A DNA stretch of 55,260 nucleotides from Candidatus Methylomirabilota bacterium (lineage in GTDB: Bacteria; Methylomirabilota; Methylomirabilia; Rokubacteriales; CSP1-6), in assembly GCA_046726415.1 (NCBI GenBank), contig JBKPAK010000146.1, forward strand, positions 1 to 55,260, given 5' to 3'. A model generated the notes under the pieces. It made no database searches, had not been told where the DNA came from, and saw only the letters and a program-made list of their open reading frames with translations. Within the stretch, counting starts at the first letter, position 1. Each line of letters starts with the position of its first letter. The position numbers and the translations under genes are program-made. Positions 1-10,965 of this stretch are shown here, piece by piece.

Positions 1-354
1 GCCGCCATCGTGCGCGTCGACCTCGAAGACATGGCCCCGGAACCCGCGTTCGACCGGTTCGAAGGGCACGTTGACGACGGCCACCCACCCCTCCAGCTTC
101 GACAGCGCGGGATCGAGCGCGTAGATGTGCAGCGGCCGGTAGAGCGGGTCGTCGGGCTTGCGCTCGTACGGTCGCCCTTCGATCGCCCGCGTGACGCCCT
201 CGCCGATCGCGTAGTCGATGGATTCACCGGGCTCGAGCGGCGCCGGGGTCTCGGGTGGCACGGGCAGGCGACCCTGCTCGCGCGATCCGGCCATGGCCGC
301 CGCCGCGGGCGTGGTGGAAACGTCGCGGTCGCCGTCGTCGGGCAGGGCCGTCAC
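1..354 (-). CDS. 5' part of a probable M4/gluzincin-like metallopeptidase-family protein, running off the left edge
   Basis: Not in the ORF track. GTG at 354 overlaps the TGA of the caspase gene (GTGA) and the frame is open to base 1: VTALPDD...PYERKPDDPLYRPLHIYALDPALSKLEGWVAVVNVPFEPVERGFRGHVFEVDAHDGG. The product call is from recalled N-terminal similarity; no catalytic motif lies inside the window. Confidence 0.6.
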   Translation of the reverse strand, partial: MTALPDDGDRDVSTTPAAAAMAGSREQGRLPVPPETPAPLEPGESIDYAIGEGVTRAIEGRPYERKPDDPLYRPLHIYALDPALSKLEGWVAVVNVPFEPVERGFRGHVFEVDAHDGG

Positions 355-3284
355 CCCTCTGGCGCGAGCGCGCTGGCCAGCATGCGGAGCGCCTGGGCCA
401 CCGCGGCCGCGGACGGGGCGCCCGCCGTCGCGCCTCGACCGTCCACCGCCGGCGCCCCCGCTGGCGCGCCGACGAGCGGGGTGAGCAAACCCCGCGTCCG
501 AGCCAACGGGGCGCAGTCCAGTTCGGGGTGCTGGCGCGCACCCTCTCCGAATGCCCCAGTCACTCGCTCCTGGAATGCCTCATGCGTGAGGCTGCTGACC
601 CCGGCGGCCAGGATGCGCGTCGCCCGCACTGTGAAGTCGCCGTGGCCGGAGGTTTCGAAGGCCACCTCGTGGTCGCGGCACGCCGAGAACACCACCTGTC
701 GCATCGTTTCCGGGGTCCGCTTCGGCGCCGCCCGGGTGGCGCCGATCCGCTCGCGGAACCGCAGGTGCGCGGCCTCCATCTCGGGTGTCGCGGGCAGAAA
801 CCGCGCGCGCCGGTCGCGGCCGTCGCCGTCGGCGGCTGGTCCCACCATGACGCGCGTGATCGTCCCGGAATGGCAGCAGTCGATGAAGCACGTGAGGTTG
901 ACGCCGTCGGGCAAGGCGGTGAAAACCTCTGCGAGGTCGTCGTCGATCACGAAGGCCCCCTGGGCGATGTCGTACGGGCACAGCGCCTCGTCGCGCGGCC
1001 CGTTGGTCCCCGCCACCTCGTCGCCGTCGAGGTCCGGCAGCTCGGTGCCGTGCCCGGCGAACTGGAAGGCGAGCACGTCGCCGGGCCGGCCGCTGGCGAC
1101 GAGCGCGCGCAGGTCGTCGAGGATGCGGCTGCGCGTGGCGCTGTCGTCGAGGAGCAGCGCCGTCTCGAACCCGAGCACCTCGAAGCTCTGCGCCCAGTCG
1201 CGCGCGTCGGCCACGCAGCCGGCCAGCGGCATGGTTGGGTAGCGATCGATGCCGACGCAGAGGGCTCGCCGGCGGCCGGGTGCCGGCGACGATCCCGGCG
1301 GGGCGGCGGGTGCCGGCGCCCAGGTGGCGGGAACCACCCCGGCCGTGCCACTTCCGTTCGCCGGCGCGAAGAAGGCCGCCAAGACGGGCGGCAGCACTAT
1401 GGGGCGATTCCACAGGTCTAGACCGCGCTCAACCGCCTCGTCGGGGAACGACACGGCCGGCGGCGCACCGAGGATGCGGTGGGCGACGGCGTCCATGGTC
1501 GCGCGGTCGTTGTCGAAGCCGCCGTGGCTGCGCGAGGTGCTGGCCCTCGACCCCGACGTCGTCTCGCTCACCGACCACACCACCTCGTGCGGCGACGCGT
1601 TGCCGCCGAGACCGAACAGCCGGACGAGGTCGCGGTCGTCCCGCACCGACGCCTCCAGCCCGAGGATCGCCGTCTCGCGCTCGCGCTCGAGCGCATAGTG
1701 GATGAGATACAGGAGCGATTTCCGGTAGACCTGAGCGACGTGGTCATCCTCCTCCCAGTCGCGCTTCATCGTGAACATGGTGAGCGACTGGATGGACGCG
1801 CCGACGTGGTTCAGGAGCTGGTTCTTGAAGGCATCCACCCGGATAGCCGGCGCCAGGAGCTGGAGCGTCCGGAATGCCGGCGCGCCGAGCTCGACCGCCG
1901 CCGGCAGGAAGTGGGCGTGGAAGATGGAGCCGGCGCTGTGGCCCACCGCGTGGAGCTCGACCGGGCACGGCGGCGCCTGCAGGAACTTGACGAGCTTCTC
2001 GGCAACGTGGGTGGCGCCGCCGTTGCGGTCGGCGGCCAGCGCCGCACTGCGCTTCATGGCGGACCAGATCTTGGCGCCCCCGAGCGTGCGGGCGATCCCC
2101 TCGACGGCGGGGTCAGTCGTGTGGTCCCAGAGGTCCCGGGCCGCGCCGCGGGGCGCGGCCCCGCGCGCGCCGGACAGGATCTGCTTGATCGCGTCGCCGA
2201 AGCCCGTCTCCCACACGAAGTGAATCGGGTAGACGCCGTTCCGCTTCCACCACGACACCTGGAGCTGTGCGATGCGGAGCCCGCTCGCCTCGTCGATGAG
2301 GCCCCCGTGCGCCCAGAAACAAATGCGCAGGGGCTGGCCGTTGGCGGCCGCCTGCGCGGCGGCCCGGGCCAGGTGGTCGTCGAAGATTGCGTCCACATCG
2401 GCGCGAGACGTCGCGAAGAGCCCGCTGTCCGAGAAGCTGCCCTGGTTGAGGTTCACCACGTGCGGCCTGAGGCCGGCGAGGATCTCCGGCGACAATTCGG
2501 CGTCGCGGGCGCCGCGCCGCCCGTCGGGCGCCGCGCGGGTGGTGCCGGCGAGGCCGGCGATCAGGAGCACCTGCGCATCTGACATCTGGGACTCGGCGGG
2601 CTCGGCGTCCATCGGATCGAGGTCGCCCGCGCCGAGGTCGCGCGCTCCGGGGGCGCGCCATATGCGCAGCGCCTCGTCGGTCTGCTCGCGTACCCGGAGA
2701 CTCTCCGGCCCGGCCCACGTGTCGGCCGGGCGCGGGGCGCGCGTTCCCCCCCGCAGCGCGGACCGGCCGGTCTCCACCGCGGCCTTGATCGCGTCGAAGT
2801 CGACGCCCGTGCCGGGGCACGACTTGAGGTTCGTCATGGCTCGGTGGAATCGCAGCGAGTCCGGACCGAGCCCGAACCGCTCCTGGACCTGTGCGATCAC
2901 CCCGACCACGGCAGCGAGCTGGGCGCCCTCCAGGCGGTCCTGGCCGCGGTCGAAGTCGCCGATCGTCTCGAACATGAACGGGCCAGCCATCGCGTTGCCG
3001 TTGAAGCCGGCCGCGCTCGCGGGGGGCCAGTTCCAGTCGCGACCCGTCCAGATGCTGCCATCGGGCCCGATGCTGACGTGCTGGGCGATGTCGCGCCAGC
3101 CGTTCTCGCGCGTGTGGAAGCGCCACATCCCCTCGATCGTCGCCTCACCGCGGTATTGCGCGTGGTTCGGGCGCCACGTGTGGTGCATGTGGACTCCCTC
3201 GATCCTGCGCGTGAAGTCGAACCGCTGGAGCAGGTCGGCGAACTCGTCGAGGGTCAGGCGGATAAACTGAGGTGGCATGGGCAA
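351..3284 (-). CDS. Multidomain protein: N-acetylmuramoyl-L-alanine amidase/PGRP domain + alpha/beta-hydrolase + caspase-like peptidase C14
   Basis: Amidase motifs [40 protein letters not shown]. Hydrolase motifs [18 protein letters not shown]. Caspase motifs [39 protein letters not shown]. Confidence 0.9.
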   Translation of the reverse strand: MPMPPQFIRLTLDEFADLLQRFDFTRRIEGVHMHHTWRPNHAQYRGEATIEGMWRFHTRENGWRDIAQHVSIGPDGSIWTGRDWNWPPASAAGFNGNAMAGPFMFETIGDFDRGQDRLEGAQLAAVVGVIAQVQERFGLGPDSLRFHRAMTNLKSCPGTGVDFDAIKAAVETGRSALRGGTRAPRPADTWAGPESLRVREQTDEALRIWRAPGARDLGAGDLDPMDAEPAESQMSDAQVLLIAGLAGTTRAAPDGRRGARDAELSPEILAGLRPHVVNLNQGSFSDSGLFATSRADVDAIFDDHLARAAAQAAANGQPLRICFWAHGGLIDEASGLRIAQLQVSWWKRNGVYPIHFVWETGFGDAIKQILSGARGAAPRGAARDLWDHTTDPAVEGIARTLGGAKIWSAMKRSAALAADRNGGATHVAEKLVKFLQAPPCPVELHAVGHSAGSIFHAHFLPAAVELGAPAFRTLQLLAPAIRVDAFKNQLLNHVGASIQSLTMFTMKRDWEEDDHVAQVYRKSLLYLIHYALERERETAILGLEASVRDDRDLVRLFGLGGNASPHEVVWSVSETTSGSRASTSRSHGGFDNDRATMDAVAHRILGAPPAVSFPDEAVERGLDLWNRPIVLPPVLAAFFAPANGSGTAGVVPATWAPAPAAPPGSSPAPGRRRALCVGIDRYPTMPLAGCVADARDWAQSFEVLGFETALLLDDSATRSRILDDLRALVASGRPGDVLAFQFAGHGTELPDLDGDEVAGTNGPRDEALCPYDIAQGAFVIDDDLAEVFTALPDGVNLTCFIDCCHSGTITRVMVGPAADGDGRDRRARFLPATPEMEAAHLRFRERIGATRAAPKRTPETMRQVVFSACRDHEVAFETSGHGDFTVRATRILAAGVSSLTHEAFQERVTGAFGEGARQHPELDCAPLARTRGLLTPLVGAPAGAPAVDGRGATAGAPSAAAVAQALRMLASALAPEG

Positions 3285-3366
3285 CCTCCACGGGTCGTCT
3301 GCGCCGAGGGTAGCCGATCAGGCGCTACCGTCAACGGAAATGTGCGGCGGTGATAGAGTCGTGGCC

Positions 3367-5193
<1,827 letters not shown>

Positions 5194-5303
5194 GCGGCGC
5201 CCTCCGGATCGCTCGAGGCCGCCCCAGCGGGCCTGGCGCGGTGCGCTCAGGCCGCGAGGGATCAGGACCTTGTCCTCCACCGAGTCGCGGGAGGTGACCC
5301 CTG

Positions 5304-5486
5304 ATGGTTCCCGTCGAAGTCCGAGCGTTTGGGCTGCTGGCCGCCTGCGTGATCCTGCTGGCCGTGGTGCTGATCGTCCAGTGGGTGCCGAGCCGCGCGG
5401 CGATCGTGGCGAAGCCGGTGACGCTCCTGATCCTTCTGGTCGTGATCGTCCTCGGGATTGCGGTGTTGGTCATCACGGCGCAATGA
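5304..5486 (+). CDS. Small two-helix membrane protein
   Basis: GGAGGT RBS and two long hydrophobic segments in 60 aa. Confidence 0.55.
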   Translation: MVPVEVRAFGLLAACVILLAVVLIVQWVPSRAAIVAKPVTLLILLVVIVLGIAVLVITAQ

Positions 5487-5633
5487 CTCGTGTTGCAGCG
5501 CCCAACGTGCTGGCCCTCGGCGATGCACCCCCCGACTCGACGGTCCGGGATCGCTTGCCCATCGCCGCCCGGAAACCCGTCGACCTCCTCTGACCCGGTC
5601 CCGGGCCAATCTCGCCCTCAGGGAAGGAACCGC

Positions 5634-6914
5634 ATGAACGTCTACAACACGCGATCACGCGCCATCGAGCGGTTCCAGCCCGCCGACCGGCGCGTCGGCC
5701 TCTACGTGTGCGGCATCACACCCTACGACACCACCCACCTCGGCCACGCCTTCACCTACACCATGGCCGACGTGTTCGTGCGGTACCTGGAGGCCCGGGG
5801 CCTGACCGTGCGCTACGTCCAGAACGTCACCGACATCGACGACGACATTCTGCGCAAGGCGCAGGAGACCGGCGAGGACTGGCGCACCCTGGGCAACCGC
5901 TGGACCGCGCACTTCATCCGCGACATGCAGGCGCTCAACGTGCGGCCGCCGGACGAGTATCCGCGCGCGAGCGACGCCGTCCCCGAGATCGTCGCGGCCG
6001 TGCGCGCCCTGATCGCGCGGGGGCTGGCGTACGAGTCACGCGGCAGCGTGTACTTTTGCGTCGACGCCTGGCCCGAATTCGGCCAGCTCAGCCACCTGGA
6101 ACGTGCCGAGATGCTGCCGGTGGCCAACGAGCGCGGCAATCGACCCGACGACCCGAACAAGCGCGATCCCCTCGACTTCGTGCTGTGGCAGGCGCAGGCG
6201 CCCGGAGAGCCGGCCTGGGAGAGCCCCTGGGGTCCCGGGCGACCCGGCTGGCACATCGAGTGCTCTGTGATGAGCACGCGTGCCCTGGGAAAGACGCTCG
6301 ACTTCCACGGGGGCGGGGAGGATCTCGTCTTCCCGCATCACGAGTGCGAGATCGCTCAGGCTGAGCCGATCACCGGCCAGAAGCCCTTCGTCCGCGTGTG
6401 GCTGCACGCCGCCATGGTCGAGCACGAAGGCGCGAAGATGAGCAAGTCGCTCGGCAACCTGGTCATGGTGGGCGATCTGTTGCGCCGATGGTCGGCCGAC
6501 ACCGTGCGCCTTTACCTCGGCCAGCATCACTACCGTCGCCCCTGGTCCCACAACGTCGACGAGTTGGCCGAGGCCGATCGCCTCGCCAGAAAGCTCGAGA
6601 CCGCGGCCACCGTTCGCGGCGGTGGCGGGGAGGTGCTGGACGCCAGCAGCGCGCAGGCTGCGTTCACGGCGGCCATGAACGACGATCTGAACACGCCGGC
6701 GGCCCTGGAGCGGCTCGAGGCTCTCGCCGATCTGATCCAGGCCGCTGCTCGGGCCGGTCACCAGCTCGGGCCGGCGCAAGCAGTCCTGCGGCGCCTCGGC
6801 CAGGTCTTCGGGCTACGCCTCGATGCCGCCGAGGTCGAGGCGCGCGTCATTGAGGGCTGGAGCACGCACCTGCGGCGCTTCGCCGCCGCCGATTGCTCAG
6901 CAGACTCGCGCTGA
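5634..6914 (+). CDS. Cysteine-tRNA ligase family protein of the MshC-like type (no anticodon-binding tail)
   Basis: CGITPYDTTHLGH (HIGH-like), VQNVTDIDD, PGRPGWHIEC, FPHHECE, KMSKSLGN, AMNDDLNTP. GGAAGGA RBS before ATG 5634. Confidence 0.88.
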   Translation: MNVYNTRSRAIERFQPADRRVGLYVCGITPYDTTHLGHAFTYTMADVFVRYLEARGLTVRYVQNVTDIDDDILRKAQETGEDWRTLGNRWTAHFIRDMQALNVRPPDEYPRASDAVPEIVAAVRALIARGLAYESRGSVYFCVDAWPEFGQLSHLERAEMLPVANERGNRPDDPNKRDPLDFVLWQAQAPGEPAWESPWGPGRPGWHIECSVMSTRALGKTLDFHGGGEDLVFPHHECEIAQAEPITGQKPFVRVWLHAAMVEHEGAKMSKSLGNLVMVGDLLRRWSADTVRLYLGQHHYRRPWSHNVDELAEADRLARKLETAATVRGGGGEVLDASSAQAAFTAAMNDDLNTPAALERLEALADLIQAAARAGHQLGPAQAVLRRLGQVFGLRLDAAEVEARVIEGWSTHLRRFAAADCSADSR

Positions 6915-7122
6915 GGCTGCGTCCTTCGTGGACGTGGCCACCGTCAAGGCGCGCGAGGGATCGAAGAGGACCACCCAGAGCAGCGGGCCCGTGGCCACCG
7001 TCAGGAAGGTCGATACGGCCTCGGCCGCCCCTACGGAGGAGGGAGCGTTCGGACCAAAGAGGCTCAAGATCCCGCTCTCGAGGCCCTGAGCGACAAGAGG
7101 CATGCGCTCCCAGCCGGCGGGC

Positions 7123-7488
7123 TCACAGGTTCTTGTACTTCTCGTGAAGCTCGGTCTTGCGGTGCTCCCGGTCCCGCAGACCGGCGGTAAGCTCGGACTT
7201 GCGGCGGTCCGCTTCTTCGGATTCGTGCCGCATGCGTTTGCTGACGTCGAGCATCCAGCCGTCAATGTTGCCGATGAGCTTCTCCAGATCGCTACCGTCT
7301 CGGCACACGAACGTGATCTTGTTCCCGTTGATGGTGAGCCGATACCCACCGGCCCCGTCGGCGGTGGCCTCCTGGAAATACCTGCCCCACACTCGGCTCG
7401 GCGCCGACGTCAGCATGATCTGCCAGAGCCAGCCGTCCGATCCACGGTCCTCGAGGGGAGTCACGCCTTTCACTCTCTCGACGTCCAT
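7123..7488 (-). CDS. Hypothetical protein with a charged C-terminal helix
   Basis: GGAGG RBS before ATG 7488 and protein-like composition, unlike the shadow ORFs. Confidence 0.65.
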   Translation of the reverse strand: MDVERVKGVTPLEDRGSDGWLWQIMLTSAPSRVWGRYFQEATADGAGGYRLTINGNKITFVCRDGSDLEKLIGNIDGWMLDVSKRMRHESEEADRRKSELTAGLRDREHRKTELHEKYKNL

Positions 7489-8123
7489 ATGGTCCTCCAC
7501 ATTCACATTGCGAAGGTCACCCCATCTGACGGAACCGCTTCGAGGCTCGGGATCCGTTCGGGTTGACGGCCCCGCGGTTGGCAGGCTCTCGAGCGCGGAT
7601 CTGCCTGACGAGCGGTGCAGCCCGACTCCATTTTAGCCCGTTGCCGCTGTCGTGAACCGGTCCAGCAACGGCCAGGAGCCTCGCGCTCCTGATCCTCCGG
7701 CTCCGCCCTCAGGGCGTGCCTCTCGCGCTGCACGAACGTCAGGAGCGCCCATAGGCGTTCCAAGCGCCCTGGCGTGTCGACGGAGTCCGGTCGGCAGGAG
7801 GGGGATCGCTCTCTCCGGGGGGAATCACGAGAGTGGGCGTGATCGTCGGCAAGAGGACCGTCCATCGGCGCCGGTGTGACGAGAACCGAGGCAGCGGCCC
7901 CTCGACTCGCTCGCATTCTGTTCCGCGTGCCGACCGACGCATTGCTTCAGTCCTTACCGGGACAGACTCCTAGGACTGGGAGGGAGGTCCCGCCGCGTCT
8001 TCGCACGCGCTTGAGCAGTCGGGCGTACGTGGTCCGGCCGCGCAATGGGCTGCCCACTGGCTTTGCCAGCGGCGTTCTGCCGGCGTGGGCGCAGGGTGGC
8101 TTCGTATTGAGAGGGGGAGCACC

Positions 8124-8354
8124 ATGAAAGCCCCGCTCATGCTCATCGGGATCGCGCTGATTGAGCTGGGCCTGATCGCGTTGGTGTACCAGGGCATCAC
8201 GTACACGACCCGCGAGAAGGTGGTGGATCTCGGTCCCCTCAAGATCACCGCGGAAAAAGAGAGGACGATCCCACTACCCCCGATCCTGGGGGGCCTCGCG
8301 CTGGCGGGTGGAATCGTTCTGGTCGTCGTTGCGGCGCGCAAGTCGATGAGCTGA
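8124..8354 (+). CDS. Small membrane protein (DUF3185-like)
   Basis: TM-YTTREKVVDLGPLKITAEKERTIPLPP-TM pattern; GGGGAG RBS. Confidence 0.8.
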   Translation: MKAPLMLIGIALIELGLIALVYQGITYTTREKVVDLGPLKITAEKERTIPLPPILGGLALAGGIVLVVVAARKSMS

Positions 8355-8424
8355 CCGCCGGTGCTCCAGGACCGATGACGCCCGTGTTCTATGTCGTCTT
8401 TCCAGACATGAGATCCGTCGCTTC

Positions 8425-9216
8425 TTACCGGGAATCGGGACTGCGACCGAGACGAGAGACGACTTCCCAGGCGTGGCGCTGAATCGGCCGGGACTCGAAG
8501 TATCCCGGCACAAGCGCCCTCGCGCGTTCAAAGGCTTCCCGCGCTTCGCCGTACTGCCCGATCAAGATTGCGGAGAGGCCGAGATTGCCCCACGCGTTGG
8601 CATAACCCGGCCTGACCCGCACCGCCTCGCGATACGCCTGCGCGGCTTCTGCGTGACGCCCGAGGCTGTTCAGGGTGCGTCCCACATTGTAGTGTGCGTC
8701 GGCGTCCATGGGGGAACGTCGGAGGACCTGGCGGAACTCGCGGAGCGCATCTTCCGGTCGATCGAGCGCGGCCAGAGCCACGCCCAAATCGTAGCGAGCC
8801 TCGACGTGGTCAGGCGCGAGCCGAACCGCCTGCTCGTAGGCGAGTCGCGCCTCGTCCCAGCGCTCGAGACGACTGAGCGCGAAGCCCAGATTGGTGTAGG
8901 CGGCGGCGTAGTCGGGCCTCACGCGAATTGCCGCGCGGTATGCCGCCACCGCGTCTTCGTCTCGGCGAAGCTCGCCGAGTTCGACGCCTTTGTTATAGGC
9001 GGCTTCGGCCCGGATCGCGACCGGCCGGCGCGAGCGCATCACTTCGTCGCAGGCGTCCAGGGCGGGACGTCCGTGAAGGAGCGCGCATCGGATCGCGGCG
9101 TCGACCGCGGGCTCTGCCCAGGCGCCATGAGTCGCCACGCCGGCAAGCCCGACACCCAGCCAGAGCGCGACCAGGAGAATCACGATCCCGATGACCCGCG
9201 CATGATGCCTAACCAT
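8425..9216 (-). CDS. Exported/membrane-anchored tetratricopeptide repeat protein
   Basis: N-terminal hydrophobic signal and about 5 TPR units (AYTNLGFAL, ARYDLGVAL, AHYNVGRTL, AWGNLG). Confidence 0.88.
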   Translation of the reverse strand: MVRHHARVIGIVILLVALWLGVGLAGVATHGAWAEPAVDAAIRCALLHGRPALDACDEVMRSRRPVAIRAEAAYNKGVELGELRRDEDAVAAYRAAIRVRPDYAAAYTNLGFALSRLERWDEARLAYEQAVRLAPDHVEARYDLGVALAALDRPEDALREFRQVLRRSPMDADAHYNVGRTLNSLGRHAEAAQAYREAVRVRPGYANAWGNLGLSAILIGQYGEAREAFERARALVPGYFESRPIQRHAWEVVSRLGRSPDSR

Positions 9217-9277
9217 GGGTCACTCCTCCTGAGCGGCCTTTGAGCGCCATCTCCTATCGACGATTCGCCTCGGAGCG

Positions 9278-9712
9278 CTACCCGGTCCTGTTCCGATGCG
9301 GGAGCTCGAGCGGTCTGCCTCCCGGACCCTCGTCGTTCGAGCCGATGGCCCGCCCGATCGCGTCGAGCAACGCCCGCCCGTCAAAGGGTTTCCACAGGTA
9401 GCCGGCCGCCCCGGACTTTTCGATGCGGTCGCGGGTCGGGGCATCGTCGTGGGCCGTGATGAAGATGACAGGGATCCGCAGCCCATCGGCCACCAACCGC
9501 TTCTGGAGATCCAAGCCGCTCATCTCGCCCAGGTAGATGTCGAGAACGAGGCAGGCCACGCGACACCTCGGCAACGAATCGAGAAACTCGTGGGCCGATG
9601 CGAAGGTCTGCACCGTGTAACCGGCCGCCTCGACGACGCGCTGGAGCGCTCGGCGGACCGAGGGGTCGTCGTCGACGATGGCCGCAACGAGCGGATCAGA
9701 TACCGAGGCCAC
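9278..9712 (-). CDS. Single-domain response regulator (FixJ-associated receiver)
   Basis: IVDDDPSVRRAL, CLVLD, IFITAH, YLWKPF. Confidence 0.88.
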   Translation of the reverse strand: MASVSDPLVAAIVDDDPSVRRALQRVVEAAGYTVQTFASAHEFLDSLPRCRVACLVLDIYLGEMSGLDLQKRLVADGLRIPVIFITAHDDAPTRDRIEKSGAAGYLWKPFDGRALLDAIGRAIGSNDEGPGGRPLELPHRNRTG

Positions 9713-10274
9713 CTAGAAATCCAGATGCTGTGACGAACGAGTAGCCCGGAGTAGCGAGGACACGCGGCTCATCGCGCCCATCGCGGTCCTCCTCGTTGGG
9801 AAGGTAGGATGAGCGCAAGGACGCATGGCTCGCCGGGCCCGCCAGGGGGTCTTCGCCAATGGCGAACGTGCTCGGTTGTCTTCCCGCGGACCGTCGCCCG
9901 AGACGCTCGAGGGCATCCTGACAGCGGACGCAGGTATGCACCTCGGGCAGGGCATGCAATCGCGCGGGCGAGATCGACTCGGCACAGTCGGCGCAGACGC
10001 CGTACTCGCCATCGTGCAGACGGCGAAGGGCGGTCGACAAGCGCTGCACGTGCTTAACCACCAGCTCGCGCGTGGCCAGGCTGATCTCCCGACTCGCGCT
10101 GGCCTGGATGTCGTCCACGGCGTCGGCGAAGGGTGCGTTGTCGCCGATGCCGGGCTGCGCTTCAAACTCCACCACGCCGCCGAGCCGGCGAAGCCTGGAG
10201 AACGCGATGCGGAGGTCCTGCTCGAGGCGCTGTCTGACGTTGGACTCGGTGGCGTGTCCACCTAGGGGTGTCAT
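9696..10274 (-). CDS. TraR/DksA C4-type zinc finger protein
   Basis: ALRRLHDGEYGVCADCAESISPARLHALPEVHTCVRCQ. Confidence 0.88.
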   Translation of the reverse strand: MTPLGGHATESNVRQRLEQDLRIAFSRLRRLGGVVEFEAQPGIGDNAPFADAVDDIQASASREISLATRELVVKHVQRLSTALRRLHDGEYGVCADCAESISPARLHALPEVHTCVRCQDALERLGRRSAGRQPSTFAIGEDPLAGPASHASLRSSYLPNEEDRDGRDEPRVLATPGYSFVTASGFLGGLGI

Positions 10275-10311
10275 GGTGTAGTGAATCTACGCGCGGTCCA
10301 CCAGCGCGGCC

Positions 10312-10326
10312 TAGTGGACCTTGGTC
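10312..10326 (-). promoter_or_regulatory. Copy of the recurring GACCAAGGTCCACTA motif, between the FixJ-like gene and the DksA gene
   Basis: TAGTGGACCTTGGTC on the + strand matches the copies at 13074, 14678 and 15565. Confidence 0.55.
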
Positions 10327-10338
10327 TATGCGGAGAGG

Positions 10339-10965
10339 CTAGGACTTCGGCACGATCACCCCCGCCCGGTCGGCCAGGCGAACCAGCGCGGCCACTGATC
10401 CCGCCCGCATCTTCGCCATGACCCGGGCCCGGTGCACCTTGACCATCTTCTCGCCCACGCCGAGTTCGGCGGCGATCTGCTTGTTCAGCATGCCCGTCAC
10501 GACGAGGGCGAACACCTCGGTCTCGCGCGGGGTCAGCCTCCGGACGCGCTGCCGGATCTCCGTGACGTGAGCCTCCTCGGCGAGATCCTGCACGTCCTTC
10601 GCCACACACCGCTGAATGGCGGTCAGGAGCTCTTCGAGGTCGAATGGCTTGGCGAGAAAATCGATCGCGCCCGCCTTCATGGCCCGGACGCTCATCGGGA
10701 CGTCGCTGTGGCCCGAGATGAAGACGATGGACATCCGGCGGCCTGTCGTGACCAGAGCCTCCTGCAATTCGAGCCCGGTGAGGCCGGGCATTCGTACGTC
10801 CAGCACCAGGCAACCCGGACCGGCATGCGGGGCGCGGGCCAGGAACTCTCGGGCCGACACAAACGTCTCGACCGCGTACCCGGCCGCCTCGAGCAGGCGC
10901 CCCAGACTAGTTCGCAAGGAGGGGTCGTCGTCCACGACGAAGATCATCGGCGCGACCGTGGTCAT
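10339..10965 (-). CDS. FixJ/NodW-type LuxR-family response regulator
   Basis: Receiver (VVDDD, LDVRMPG, KPF) plus LuxR HTH LTPRETEV...NKQIAAELG...VKVHRARVMAKM. Confidence 0.93.
   Translation of the reverse strand: MTTVAPMIFVVDDDPSLRTSLGRLLEAAGYAVETFVSAREFLARAPHAGPGCLVLDVRMPGLTGLELQEALVTTGRRMSIVFISGHSDVPMSVRAMKAGAIDFLAKPFDLEELLTAIQRCVAKDVQDLAEEAHVTEIRQRVRRLTPRETEVFALVVTGMLNKQIAAELGVGEKMVKVHRARVMAKMRAGSVAALVRLADRAGVIVPKS

Noticed and set aside
10-1421. Long plus-strand ORFs of 410 and 388 aa
   Set aside because: Antisense to the caspase fusion and its partner; Arg/Ala/Pro-rich with no recognisable domain.
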